DNA from: an uncultured Gammaproteobacteria bacterium
GTDB lineage: Bacteria; Patescibacteriota; Microgenomatia; UBA10105; UBA927
Length of the DNA stretch: 64,000 bases
NCBI GenBank assembly: GCA_964361785.1
Contig: CAYIBX010000003.1
Coordinates: forward strand, 4,769-68,768
Reading direction: 5' to 3'
How positions within the stretch are numbered: the first letter of the stretch is position 1; each line of letters starts with the position of its first letter. Shown piece after piece: positions 28,498-38,411 of the stretch. A program made the translations under genes and the position numbers. The notes beneath the pieces were generated by a model that did no database searches, had not been told where the DNA came from, and saw only the letters and a list, made by a program, of their open reading frames with translations.

Positions 28498-29354
28498 TAC
28501 TCCTTATTTACGCGCAGTTGCTGCATGATACCAAAAAGTCCAAACACGTTCCAGTAGAGAGATAATCCGAGCGGGAACTGGAAAGCAAACATACCAAACA
28601 TAATCGGGGTAATAAGCATCATCTGTTTTTGCATCTCTGCTGCTGTGTCAACCTTCGGCTCTTCTTTTTTGCCATCGGTATTCTTCTTAATTTCTTTCTT
28701 GTTAACTGTTGATTGTGAATTGTTCATAGTCGCCGAAGGTTGCGGCATCATTAACTTACTTTGCCAAAACTGTAATGCTGCAGTGATCACAGGGATTGTA
28801 AGCAGCCACCAACCATGCGTCTGCCAGCTTGAGGGCTTCAACCCAAGACTTACCCCAAAAAAATTTAGGTCAAACGATTGAATCTGAAGCACGGTACTAT
28901 AAACCACCTTGTTTAAATCTACTACGAGCTTTTCCATGTTTCCGTTTTGTAATACTTGATAAAACACATTGTAGAGAGCAATAAGAACGGGCATTTGAAC
29001 AAGCAGAGGCAAACACCCCGCGGCAGGATTAACCCCGTGCTGTTTGTACAAATCCATTTGTGCTTTTTGAAGTGCTGGTTTATCGTCTTTATGCCTACTC
29101 GTAAGCTCATCAAGGTGTGGTTTTAACCCCGCCATTTGTTTGGCAGAACGAAGTTGTGCGCGGGTAAGAGGGTAGAGAAGCAAACGAATAGCAACAGTCA
29201 ATAAAATGACTGCAAACCCTAAAGGACCGGGCACGTGAAGCGCTTCAAACGCCTTATAAAATACCATCAATAAATTGATGATTGGCCAAACAAAAAATTG
29301 ATTCCAGAATGTCATTTCTACCATATATAATAATTCACAATCTCCAATGCTCAA
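28497..29354 (-). CDS. yidC: membrane protein insertase YidC (short form)
   Basis: 'AVILLTVAIRLLLYPLT...LKPHLDEL...KQHGVNPAAGCLPLLVQMPVLIALY' is the YidC core. Confidence 0.9.
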   Translation of the reverse strand: MSIGDCELLYMVEMTFWNQFFVWPIINLLMVFYKAFEALHVPGPLGFAVILLTVAIRLLLYPLTRAQLRSAKQMAGLKPHLDELTSRHKDDKPALQKAQMDLYKQHGVNPAAGCLPLLVQMPVLIALYNVFYQVLQNGNMEKLVVDLNKVVYSTVLQIQSFDLNFFGVSLGLKPSSWQTHGWWLLTIPVITAALQFWQSKLMMPQPSATMNNSQSTVNKKEIKKNTDGKKEEPKVDTAAEMQKQMMLITPIMFGMFAFQFPLGLSLYWNVFGLFGIMQQLRVNKE

Positions 29355-29388
29355 TATCCGACATGAAAAAAATCATTTTATATAATCT

Positions 29389-29685
29389 TTAATCCTTGTT
29401 GTGTATTGTGACTTGGTCATTGAGATTTCTTTTCGGTACTGGATCAAAACCCGAACCGCCAAATGGATTACATCGTATAATTCGTCGTACACCTAAATAC
29501 AATCCGTATAGTATACCATAGGTGCTCACCGCCTCGTATGTGTAATCGCTACATCGTGGTGCAAACCGACAAAACGTTCCTGTCGTTGTCCCTGCAAAGC
29601 GATGAAGTGTCACGGCTAGTGGGCCCGTGTCGAAAGACAAAAATCGCTGATAGAAACGGATACTTGCTAATACTATTTTTTTCAT
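29389..29685 (-). CDS. yidD: membrane protein insertion efficiency factor YidD
   Basis: '[15 protein letters not shown]' is the YidD signature. Confidence 0.85.
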   Translation of the reverse strand: MKKIVLASIRFYQRFLSFDTGPLAVTLHRFAGTTTGTFCRFAPRCSDYTYEAVSTYGILYGLYLGVRRIIRCNPFGGSGFDPVPKRNLNDQVTIHNKD

Positions 29686-29689
29686 GGCG

Positions 29690-30025
29690 CTATTTTTTTA
29701 GTGCTGCAAACAATTCTTTAAATAAAGCCTCTGCAAATTGAGATGTAGTTGGGTGTAGTTTTTGCTCGACCACTACTACATATCCAAAAGAGGGTGTAAA
29801 CACATCAATCGTCGACAGGGCTGCGTGGCGCAGGCACCGCTTTATTCTTTTACGAACAACTGCTGTTTTTTCCACCTTCGATGAAACTATAAATCCCACA
29901 TGGGGCGTACCAGTCTCTAATAATTTAGCCCAAACAAGCTTGAGGCCGTTGTAACGAAAAAACTTTCCGCGTCGCAACACGAGGCGCATTTCTTTGGAAG
30001 TGGCTCTATACTGTTTTGGCAGCAT
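29690..30025 (-). CDS. rnpA: RNase P protein component
   Basis: RnpA-like basic protein located between rpmH and yidD. Confidence 0.85.
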   Translation of the reverse strand: MLPKQYRATSKEMRLVLRRGKFFRYNGLKLVWAKLLETGTPHVGFIVSSKVEKTAVVRKRIKRCLRHAALSTIDVFTPSFGYVVVVEQKLHPTTSQFAEALFKELFAALKK

Positions 30026-30049
30026 ACAAAATTTGAGGAGTTGTCAAAG

Positions 30050-30187
30050 CTAAACGGTAAGACGCTTGCGACCCGTAAGTCTTCTGCGCTTCAACACTTT
30101 TCGACTTATGGCCGACTTCATACGACTTCGAAATCCATGTACACGTTTACGTTTAAGTTTTTTTGGCTGATATACTCGCTTTGGCAT
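30050..30187 (-). CDS. rpmH: 50S ribosomal protein L34
   Basis: A 45-codon ORF not in the supplied track because it is under 60 aa. It translates to [45 protein letters not shown], which matches the L34 consensus. Confidence 0.9.
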   Translation of the reverse strand: MPKRVYQPKKLKRKRVHGFRSRMKSAISRKVLKRRRLTGRKRLTV

Positions 30188-30211
30188 ATACACACAGTAT
30201 ACCAGAATATT

Positions 30212-31534
30212 TCACTTGATCGCAAGTCGCTTCACCCAAAACGCAAATTGTTCGCCACGATCTTTATAATCTTTAAACTGATCAAAGCTCGTTGCGGCGG
30301 GGGAGAGAACACAAATTTTTCCGCTGGCAGTATGGGTATATGCAGCCTCCACCGCGTCTTTCATTGTAAGTACTTCTATGCTGGTAATTGCGTGATTATG
30401 AGTTTGAAGCGCATCAGAAACTCTTCTTCCCGTAGCACCCATAAGGATAAGAGTTTTTATTGATGATCTCGAAAGAGACTTACCAAGATCTTCATACGAA
30501 ATGCCCCGATCAAACCCTCCAGCTATAAGCGTTTCTGTAGCCGGCCCCAACGCTTGGATTGCGTGAATGGTTGCCTCTGGGATAGTAGCAAGAGAGTCGT
30601 TATAAAAACGTATCCCTTTGTGTTCCCCTATAAACTCTAGCCTATGAGGAAGCGGGATAAATGTGCGAAGACCATTTTGTATGTATTCTCTTGGGAGGCC
30701 AAACAACAAACAGGTAGAAACAGCAGCTGCTATATTTTCTTTGTTCCCCAACAGCGCGGTACTAAAATTTAAACTTGTGTCAGATGGAGTATATACTATT
30801 TTTCTTCCCTTAGACCTCACGGCTATTGCCGTTGCGGTTTCGCTTTCACTACTGTACACGACACTGTCTTTTTCTTTTTGAAACATTACCATGCGAGACT
30901 TGGCCGCAAAATATGCATCGAATGAACCATAATAATCCAAATGCTCTGAAACAACAGGCAAAACGACGGCAATGTTTGGACTGTATCGCACATCAGACAA
31001 TTGATGACTAGATAATTCAAAAACGTAAATTGTACCATGTGTCTCGTTTGCGCAGAAATCAAGCGCGGGTTTACCAATATTTCCGACCACTCGAACGTCT
31101 GAAAACTTTTGTGACAAAAGGTGGCCAATCAAACTTGAGGTTGTGCTTTTTCCTTTTGTGCCCGTTACTCCTATAACCATCGCAGGGTTTCGTGAAAAAA
31201 ATATATTTGTAGCACTCGTAAGCCAACCGCCCCCCTTACAATATGAAACCAGCTCTGGGGTGTCTTTGGAAACGCCGGGAGAGCGCACTATTGTGTCAAA
31301 GTGGTGTAAATCAGCAAGCCAACGCTCTCCTGTTTGTGTGGTTATGACGGGAAATTTCGGAGCAATTATTTTTTTGTCGGCTATTGAAATGCGTATATTA
31401 GGACAAGATAGGGCAAGATATCTGTGCACACTCGCGCCTTCACGTCCGTATCCCACGATAAGCACGTTTTTACCACGGATTTCGTTTGTGTGTTTGTTTT
31501 TTTGTTTCATGGTTCTTTTTGCGATTTTTCCCAC
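30212..31534 (-). CDS. murD: UDP-N-acetylmuramoylalanine--D-glutamate ligase
   Basis: MurD-type N-terminal Rossmann segment ('NVLIVGYGREGASV') and Mur ligase P-loop 'GVTGTKGKSTTSSLIGHLL'. Confidence 0.8.
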   Translation of the reverse strand: MGKIAKRTMKQKNKHTNEIRGKNVLIVGYGREGASVHRYLALSCPNIRISIADKKIIAPKFPVITTQTGERWLADLHHFDTIVRSPGVSKDTPELVSYCKGGGWLTSATNIFFSRNPAMVIGVTGTKGKSTTSSLIGHLLSQKFSDVRVVGNIGKPALDFCANETHGTIYVFELSSHQLSDVRYSPNIAVVLPVVSEHLDYYGSFDAYFAAKSRMVMFQKEKDSVVYSSESETATAIAVRSKGRKIVYTPSDTSLNFSTALLGNKENIAAAVSTCLLFGLPREYIQNGLRTFIPLPHRLEFIGEHKGIRFYNDSLATIPEATIHAIQALGPATETLIAGGFDRGISYEDLGKSLSRSSIKTLILMGATGRRVSDALQTHNHAITSIEVLTMKDAVEAAYTHTASGKICVLSPAATSFDQFKDYKDRGEQFAFWVKRLAIK

Positions 31535-32883
31535 GCGCTCAATAGAAGCGTCGCGTGCTCATCAGGAACATTATGATTTCCGTCTATATGATTAAACGCA
31601 CGTGTAGATAGCTCATTTACATCTTGATCTTTTATTCCCGCTTCTACTTTAATCAACAAAAGCCCCTCTGGAATTTTTCGCTTGATGCTTTTATACAACC
31701 GTAATGAAAAAAGAAGGGCCAGTTTTGCCTCATCCCTTGTTCCAACGCACTCAAACGGCTTCACCGCATCAATGCCGACAAGCTCACGAAGAAACGTAAG
31801 TATCGTGGCTTTTAAAAAGTAATCTTCTCCAAATATCTTCATCATCGTTTCATACGATACAAAAGGGAAAAGTGTCAAATACGTAAACGCACACTTGGCG
31901 CAGTTGCCACACCACCCGTTACTAATGCGCGCCTTATTACAGCTTCTAAAAAGGGGCAGTATTTGCAATTCTTGCGAAAACATTTTACTTATCTGAAGAT
32001 CGTTAAATGGTCGCATCGCACTAAAATATGCTATAGACGGGGTCAATTCATTTTCAATATGTGCACGAAACAAATTCTCGTAACGCAATGACTTTGAATA
32101 CTGATGGTTTATTTCTGTCCCTTTGTACAGGACGTTTCCCTCGTTGGCACCCTGCTCGTTTGCTACAATTACATTTTCGTACCCATAAAGCGCTGCAACC
32201 GTCGAGCCAATAAAAGACAACAGCGCTGAAAAGGGTGTGTGTCCATTTAAATACCCATTTTTATTTAATTCTTGCAGTTTAGGATCAAGGACTCGAGTAA
32301 CCACGATTGGATCTTTAAGGCTCAAGGCGCGTATTGTGTCTAATGCCGCTCCTGAGGGGTTAACAACCATTGGCGCAATTTTTCTGTTGCTTTTTTTTGC
32401 TAATAAAGAAAGAAGAAGCGATGAATCTTTTCCGCCGCCAACCAATACAAGGTCGGTAGGTTTCGTATCTATGGCAATTGGTTCTTTTCTTCCCTCGCCC
32501 CCCGATCGAATAGTAAAAAAATCGTTGACTGTAAAATCTATCTTATTTATATAATAAAATTCCCCAAGCCCATGAAAAAATAGGTCTTCAAAAAATCGTG
32601 TGCTGGTGGACGAAAGCTGGCCGGCCTCAACAAACAATTCTTTGGGACAAGCCGCTTTCCAATAGCTTATTGCCTCAACAACTCCCAACTGAAAAAGAAA
32701 CCTATCAATCGTTGTTATGTCAACTCCTTGTGGACGCGGAAAATAAAACGTTGATTTAAGCTCAATGTCCGGTTCTAGTGTGTAGGAGTAAACAACCACA
32801 AGGCCGGCTTCTGTTTTTTTTACGCTGTAAGCCTTGTACACAAGGTTTGGGTGCAGGTCTCGTAATTTCTCGATAGTCATCAT
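31507..32883 (-). CDS. PP-loop superfamily ATP pyrophosphatase with a C-terminal Cys cluster (ThiI/QueC-like; specific function unassigned)
   Basis: 'LVLVGGGKDSSLL' is a PP-loop SGGxDS-type motif. The C-terminus has 'CNKARISNGWCGNCAKCAF'. The ~140-aa N-terminal domain is unrecognised. Confidence 0.45.
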   Translation of the reverse strand: MMTIEKLRDLHPNLVYKAYSVKKTEAGLVVVYSYTLEPDIELKSTFYFPRPQGVDITTIDRFLFQLGVVEAISYWKAACPKELFVEAGQLSSTSTRFFEDLFFHGLGEFYYINKIDFTVNDFFTIRSGGEGRKEPIAIDTKPTDLVLVGGGKDSSLLLSLLAKKSNRKIAPMVVNPSGAALDTIRALSLKDPIVVTRVLDPKLQELNKNGYLNGHTPFSALLSFIGSTVAALYGYENVIVANEQGANEGNVLYKGTEINHQYSKSLRYENLFRAHIENELTPSIAYFSAMRPFNDLQISKMFSQELQILPLFRSCNKARISNGWCGNCAKCAFTYLTLFPFVSYETMMKIFGEDYFLKATILTFLRELVGIDAVKPFECVGTRDEAKLALLFSLRLYKSIKRKIPEGLLLIKVEAGIKDQDVNELSTRAFNHIDGNHNVPDEHATLLLSAWEKSQKEP

Positions 32884-32910
32884 TCACATTGTATCAAACA
32901 TGCTTTACCC

Positions 32911-32957
32911 TTGACAAAGCTGCTCCTGTTTTGTAGGATGTGGATAACTTTTCCACA
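32911..32957 (+). promoter_or_regulatory. dnaA promoter with autoregulatory DnaA boxes
   Basis: TTGACA (32911) is followed 17 nt later by TAGGAT. A perfect DnaA box TGTGGATAA lies at 32939-32947 and TTTTCCACA at 32949-32957. Confidence 0.6.
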
Positions 32958-32979
32958 CTGTCTCCTTGCCCCACTTTTT

Positions 32980-34341
32980 ATGGATCTTACACGTATTTGG
33001 AAGTCTGTTTTGTCTGAGATAGAACTTTCTGTATCAAAAGCTACGTATCAAACACACTTTGCCCACTCACTGCTGCTTTCTATTGATAATGACGTTGTGT
33101 CGCTGGGGTTTCCTAGCCCAATAATGCGAACGCTTGCTGAGACTCGCTATTATAGTTTAATTAAAAGCATTTTAGACAACAAGACGGGTCGAAACACAAG
33201 TCTCGTATTTTCTGTGATTGCCAAAAAAGAATCATCAACAGCCTCCATGGGCCCGCTATTTTCACAAACAGCAGAGCCTCAAGCGCCAACCGCCGCGTCC
33301 GTCGCGCGCCGATATCACATCAGCCCAGACCTAACTTTTGACAACTTTGCTGTTTCGACAAGCAATCAGTTAGCGTACGCTGCAGCGACTGCGGTAGCTA
33401 AATCCCCAAGCTCTGCATACAACCCTCTCTTTCTCTATGGTGGGGTGGGGGTAGGAAAAACACATCTTATGCATGCTATCGCAAACAGCATGCTCAAAAA
33501 AGGAAGCCTGCGAGTAGTGTACTGTATGGGCGAAGAATTTTTAAATGAAATCATAGAGGCCATACAAACCAAAACCGCTCGTCAGTTTAAACAAAAGTAT
33601 CGAAGCGCACAGCTTTTAATCGTCGACGACGTACAATTTATCGCAGGGAAACAAACCGCGCAAGAGGAGTTCTTCCACACCTTTAACGCCGTACTTCGTG
33701 AGGGGGGTCAAATTTTGCTTTCATCAGACAGGCCGCCACACGAAATATCAAAATTAGAAGACAGACTGCGAAGCCGATTCGAGGGTGGATTAATAGTAGA
33801 CATTTCTCAGCCAGACTTTGAACTTCGCGCGGCCATTATAAACATCAAAGCTATTATGTTGGGTCTGTCCATGCCAAACGACTGTGCACAGCTTATTGCG
33901 GCAAACATCATGGACGCAAGAGCAATTGAGGGGTTCCTTAGAAGACTTACGACCGTGAGCGCGTCAAAAAGTGAACCCATAACGCCCGAGCTTATTTCTG
34001 GGATACTAAACACCAAGCCCCTTTCTGCTGGTCAAGCAAACAAACTAACCAAACGCGTCAATCCACAAGAGGTGTTGGAGGCGGTGGCATCCTACTATGA
34101 CATTAAATCTACACAACTAAAGGGTCCAAAACGCGACAGGCCCATCGCAAGACCAAGACAGGTATTTATGTACATAGCAAAAAATGAGCTTGGCCTTACG
34201 TACCAAGACATTGGTGGGCTTTTGGGCGGGCGAGACCACACCACAATAATGCACGGGGTCGAGACTGTTACACACGAGTTGTCCACAAACGAGCACCTTC
34301 GAAACGCGCTTGTGGGGATAAAACAAAAATTATGGGTTTAG
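32980..34341 (+). CDS. dnaA: chromosomal replication initiator DnaA
   Basis: AAA+ Walker A 'GGVGVGKTHLMHAIAN', Walker B 'LLIVDDVQFIAGK' and the C-terminal DNA-binding signature 'DIGGLLGGRDHTTIMHGV'. The start was moved to 'MDLTRIW'. Confidence 0.9.
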   Translation: MDLTRIWKSVLSEIELSVSKATYQTHFAHSLLLSIDNDVVSLGFPSPIMRTLAETRYYSLIKSILDNKTGRNTSLVFSVIAKKESSTASMGPLFSQTAEPQAPTAASVARRYHISPDLTFDNFAVSTSNQLAYAAATAVAKSPSSAYNPLFLYGGVGVGKTHLMHAIANSMLKKGSLRVVYCMGEEFLNEIIEAIQTKTARQFKQKYRSAQLLIVDDVQFIAGKQTAQEEFFHTFNAVLREGGQILLSSDRPPHEISKLEDRLRSRFEGGLIVDISQPDFELRAAIINIKAIMLGLSMPNDCAQLIAANIMDARAIEGFLRRLTTVSASKSEPITPELISGILNTKPLSAGQANKLTKRVNPQEVLEAVASYYDIKSTQLKGPKRDRPIARPRQVFMYIAKNELGLTYQDIGGLLGGRDHTTIMHGVETVTHELSTNEHLRNALVGIKQKLWV

Positions 34342-34345
34342 TAAG

Positions 34346-34545
34346 GATTGGGTTTTCCACTTCTCCACATTTTCCCTCTTTTTATCCACAAACTTATCCA
34401 CTTTTCTTTCTTCTTGTTTTTTCGTTTTTCCACTTTTTTCTTTTACTTGTTTTTCCCGCCATTGACAGACAAACACAAAAACCATACACTTTTCCACACC
34501 CATTTCTAATTACTACTACTAATTAGATTACTTATTAAACAACAC
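34346..34545. promoter_or_regulatory. oriC: DnaA-box cluster plus an AT-rich unwinding element between dnaA and dnaN
   Basis: At least six same-orientation DnaA boxes: TTTTCCACT (34354), TCTCCACAT (34364), TTATCCACA (34382, perfect), TTATCCACT (34395), TTTTCCACT (34428) and TTTTCCACA (34489). They are followed by the AT-rich 'TTCTAATTACTACTACTAATTAGATTACTTATTAAAC'. Confidence 0.75.
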
Positions 34546-35652
34546 ATGAACACACAAATACTCCAAGAAAATTTTATGCGGGCGCTTTCCCGCGTAGGAA
34601 GAATAATTCCCCCAAGACCACAAATCCCAATATTACAAAATATTAAACTGAAAGCCACAAAAGAAGGAATAGAGATGATTACCACAAACATGGAGACTAC
34701 AATTGCATTGTGGGCCGGCGGAAAAACACAAAAGGCAGGAGAGGCGTGCGTCCCAGCAAGACTTCTGACAGAGTTCGTTTCTACACTTCCTCAATCCACA
34801 GTTACCCTGTCTTTTGAAGACGGAAGCCTTGTCGTTTCGTGTGGAACGTACAAGGCAAGCATCCCAACAGCCCCAGTTGCGGAGTTTCCTGAAACCCCAG
34901 TGTTTGAAGAGAAAAAAAGTGCAAAAACAGACAAGGCTCTTTTTATGGACGCCGTGTCCTCTGTGTTGTTTGCAGCAGCATCAGACGAGGGAAGACCAGT
35001 GCTCACGGGAATAAAGGTAAAAAAAGATGAGGAAGGAATAGTGTTAGCCGCCACCGACGGGTATAGATTATCTGTACGACACGTCAGGGCAAACCTGTCA
35101 CTAGAAGAAGGAATCATCATTCCGGCAAAGGCGTTGTTTGAAGTTGTTAAAATGTGTCAGGAAGAGAAAGAAGATCAAGAGCTTGTTGTAAGCAACTTAC
35201 AGGACAAGCAAATAGGGTTTAAAATAGGAGAAACCTCTCTTTATACGCGTCTTCTTTCGGGAGAATATCCGTCTTTTGAAAGAATTATCCCAAAAAACTT
35301 TACGACGAGAACGCTGGTCGATAAAGAATTGCTTTTACATGCGGCCAAGTCTGCAGCCGTTTTTGCTCGGGACAACGCAAACATAATAAAATTAAGCTTT
35401 GCCAAGCAAAAAATTATCGTCTCTGCAAACGCTCCCCAAACAGGAGGAAATACTGTAGATGTGGATGCGAAAATAGACGGCGACGGGGGAGAAATCGCAT
35501 TTAATTCAAGGTTTCTTATCGAATATCTTTCAAATACCACGGAAGAAGAAGTGCTGTTTGAAATGACGGGAGCATTAAATCCGGGAGTTTTTAAGTCTCC
35601 TAAAGACGAAGGGCAACTTCATATTATAATGCCTGTACGGATTAGCGGGTAA
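34546..35652 (+). CDS. dnaN: DNA polymerase III beta subunit (sliding clamp)
   Basis: Three-domain clamp layout with an N-terminus 'MNTQILQENFMRALSRVGRII...ILQNIKLKA' typical of DnaN. Confidence 0.85.
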   Translation: MNTQILQENFMRALSRVGRIIPPRPQIPILQNIKLKATKEGIEMITTNMETTIALWAGGKTQKAGEACVPARLLTEFVSTLPQSTVTLSFEDGSLVVSCGTYKASIPTAPVAEFPETPVFEEKKSAKTDKALFMDAVSSVLFAAASDEGRPVLTGIKVKKDEEGIVLAATDGYRLSVRHVRANLSLEEGIIIPAKALFEVVKMCQEEKEDQELVVSNLQDKQIGFKIGETSLYTRLLSGEYPSFERIIPKNFTTRTLVDKELLLHAAKSAAVFARDNANIIKLSFAKQKIIVSANAPQTGGNTVDVDAKIDGDGGEIAFNSRFLIEYLSNTTEEEVLFEMTGALNPGVFKSPKDEGQLHIIMPVRISG

Positions 35653-35663
35653 AAGCATGACCC

Positions 35664-36221
35664 CTATTCTTGTTCTGTGGGTGGTGGTATCAATGAATAT
35701 CCTGTTGAGTAGGCGGAAAGAAAGTAATCCTTAGTTGTAATTGGAAAATACCAACGCTCATAAATAATTTGTGAGGCGGGGTTTGCAAGAACCGCCACTC
35801 CCCGTGTAAGATTTACAAAGAGATTAAACCCAAGGGGCGAATAAGGACCATAAAGCACCAAGTCCGGTTTTTGAAAATTTTCATACACTTCCGAAAAAGG
35901 CGCGTTTGGCAATACGGGCTCAATAATTAAAGAAACAACCCCATCTTTATTCAAATATACGGAAACGCTTCTTTCTTTATCTAATGACGGATACTCATAT
36001 ATTAATGAACCACCAATTGTCGTCTCCTTAATTGGTTTTTCAAAAAAATCTTCAACAATAGATTTTAGCGTTTTCCCCGGAACAAGTGAGCGATAAGAAG
36101 ATTGTTGAATTGATAAGGGGGGTTGTTGGGTTTTTGGTGTTGTGCTGCGGGAAACGAAAAACCAAACCCCCAAAAGAATTGCAATTATTACAACAATAAC
36201 TATTTTTAGTTTTATTGGCAT
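35664..36221 (-). CDS. hypothetical membrane-anchored protein (last gene of the T4SS-like operon)
   Basis: 185-aa ORF with an N-terminal transmembrane helix 'IVIVVIIAILLGVWFFV'. It overlaps the upstream gene by 10 nt. Confidence 0.5.
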   Translation of the reverse strand: MPIKLKIVIVVIIAILLGVWFFVSRSTTPKTQQPPLSIQQSSYRSLVPGKTLKSIVEDFFEKPIKETTIGGSLIYEYPSLDKERSVSVYLNKDGVVSLIIEPVLPNAPFSEVYENFQKPDLVLYGPYSPLGFNLFVNLTRGVAVLANPASQIIYERWYFPITTKDYFLSAYSTGYSLIPPPTEQE

Positions 36222-38404
36222 GTTGAAAACATATTTTGCATAAAAGAATATCCCTTTTCACATTTTTGTTTAAGAAGTGGGTCGCCAATCATATACATGC
36301 CCGCCGCCTCAGCAAAAGTTTCTGATGGCCACTCGATCCATCCATAAGTTCCAAGAGGACCACAATAGCCTTTAGCAAGATAAGAATTATAAATATTTAT
36401 CTTACTATATTGTATTTGATGTGCTAATTCATGCGCAATAAGACGGGCCAGAGATCGGGTAGAGGATGCAGAAAAGGCGCCATCATAGAAAAAAATATAC
36501 CCAGGCTTAGCACTGGGCGCCCACGCCCAATACCCGCTTGAGCTCGTTGTATTAAAAGCCGTGAAGTTAACGGCGTTGGCAGGACACTCAAGAATGCACG
36601 AATAAAGCCCAATTTGGGGGTACGCTTTAAGTGCTGTGTTCATTTTGTCTTGTTGCGAAGAGTTAAATTGATATGATTTTTTGTTGTCTGGGGCGCTGGT
36701 TCCAGCGCCATATTGTATACACGCATTCGGGCTTTGTTTGATGGGACCAAAATCAGGAACAGGAAAATTTCTATTATCTTCATGAAAATCTTCGCCCTTA
36801 GATTGTAGAGACGCTAACAACGCGCTCATTTTTTGCATGATTGAGAGATGAGGGATATTTAAAAATGTCGGAAAGACAAAAAGAATAACAATAGTTGCAA
36901 TGACCACAAGCGAAAGAAGGAGTGGTAAATCTTCTGAAAGAGGGGTAGGGACAGCGGCAGCACGACGGGATGCGTGAAGTTGTCTTGAAATTGACGGGCC
37001 GGCAAACGCAAATCCGACGAACCGATCAAAAGCGCTCGCGAGAGCATCCCCTCCTAACGATCCGAGCTTATACAGCCCTACAGAAGGAAGCCACCCTCGT
37101 TGGATCGTGCTTTTTTTGAAAGACATCGCGTATTGGGAACGCATCGACTCAATGTGCCACGGCATGATATTTGGTCCTAAAAAAGAAAATCCTTTTGGGG
37201 CATTGCTACTGGCTCTCGCTAGTTCAAAATAATCAAATAATTTTTCTTTTGTTCCTTGGTTTGTCGCTATATTGAGTGGGCCGCGAAACACTGCGCCAAA
37301 CACGTCACCAAAAATGGCGGTTGACTGCGACATTGTGGGTTTTTCGTTGGCCCCCTTGAGGATATTCTGGGTGACGAATCCAAAGACAGAAGAGTGAATA
37401 AATTTTTCACCCAACCTATCTGATAACTGATTAACCCCCGTTATGACCGAACGAAGCGTGCCATTAATTTTTTCCTTAAGAAGCATTTCTCGCAGTGGTT
37501 CCCCAACGAGAGAGAGGATGCTGTCGGCCGCTTGTTGCGCCCCCTTTATCGCGCCCCTTGTGTTCGAGTTTGAAAAAAACGGCCCCCTTGTCGTGAGCGG
37601 TTTTGTTCCAAGCGAGGCAACAGCCTCTGCGGTTTGTGCTAGTTTTACGGCGCGTACAGAGACGTCAGAGAGTAAAGCGTTTTCACCTGCATGCAAAAAT
37701 ACGTCTGCCACCACGTCAGGGCGGGAAAGGTCGGCGTGGGTGAAAAGGGTGGCAAGCGCCTCGCGCTCCATGTTTGTTTCTCTCCACGACCCCAAAACGG
37801 TACTGGTGGCATCTTTAGATATGGTTGACCCGATTATTTTTTCAAACGCTGGGTCAGAAATTCCAAGTCCTGCTGTGAGGCCTTTGACGAATTTTTGTTG
37901 TGCCTCTTGGGAAGATGGTTCTCTCGATGAGAGAGACAACGCGGCATCAACAGCGGTGTCCATTTTTGTTTCAGGAATTATGCTGCTTGTGCGAATGCTG
38001 TATTGAGAAACAAGTGCGTGTATGAACTCTCTCCGTGTTTGTTTTTGGTGTATAGCCCTTGTCTTTGTTTCTTTGCGTATGGTTTCAAATGCAAAATGTT
38101 CAAGTTCTGCCGCATTGCGCGTTTGTTTCTCGTCGCGTAAAACGTCTGGGGCTTGTGAAGAAAATGCGGGTAACTCCAGCAGGCGACTTTTGGTTTGGCT
38201 AAAAATTGAAAGAAGAGTGGCTTTTAATGATTCGTCGCTTTCAGCTGTCGCGCTGGATAAGTCTTGCGCGTGTTGGGAAAGAAGCGCGCGCATGTATTCG
38301 TATTGAGACGACGCGACTATCGCTTCTTCTGTCGTTATTGCTCCAGACTGTAAGTCGTCAAGGATGTTGTCTATAAATTCGCCTAATTGTTGTTTGTTTG
38401 CCAT
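36212..38404 (-). CDS. large T4SS-associated protein with an internal transmembrane helix and a C-terminal HExxH zincin-like domain
   Basis: 730-aa ORF with the transmembrane segment 'LLLSLVVIATIVILFVFPTFL' and the C-terminal motif 'SLARLIAHELAHQIQY' (HExxH). It lies 8 nt downstream of virB4. Confidence 0.5.
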   Translation of the reverse strand: MANKQQLGEFIDNILDDLQSGAITTEEAIVASSQYEYMRALLSQHAQDLSSATAESDESLKATLLSIFSQTKSRLLELPAFSSQAPDVLRDEKQTRNAAELEHFAFETIRKETKTRAIHQKQTRREFIHALVSQYSIRTSSIIPETKMDTAVDAALSLSSREPSSQEAQQKFVKGLTAGLGISDPAFEKIIGSTISKDATSTVLGSWRETNMEREALATLFTHADLSRPDVVADVFLHAGENALLSDVSVRAVKLAQTAEAVASLGTKPLTTRGPFFSNSNTRGAIKGAQQAADSILSLVGEPLREMLLKEKINGTLRSVITGVNQLSDRLGEKFIHSSVFGFVTQNILKGANEKPTMSQSTAIFGDVFGAVFRGPLNIATNQGTKEKLFDYFELARASSNAPKGFSFLGPNIMPWHIESMRSQYAMSFKKSTIQRGWLPSVGLYKLGSLGGDALASAFDRFVGFAFAGPSISRQLHASRRAAAVPTPLSEDLPLLLSLVVIATIVILFVFPTFLNIPHLSIMQKMSALLASLQSKGEDFHEDNRNFPVPDFGPIKQSPNACIQYGAGTSAPDNKKSYQFNSSQQDKMNTALKAYPQIGLYSCILECPANAVNFTAFNTTSSSGYWAWAPSAKPGYIFFYDGAFSASSTRSLARLIAHELAHQIQYSKINIYNSYLAKGYCGPLGTYGWIEWPSETFAEAAGMYMIGDPLLKQKCEKGYSFMQNMFSTCQ

Positions 38405-38411
38405 ACATTAG

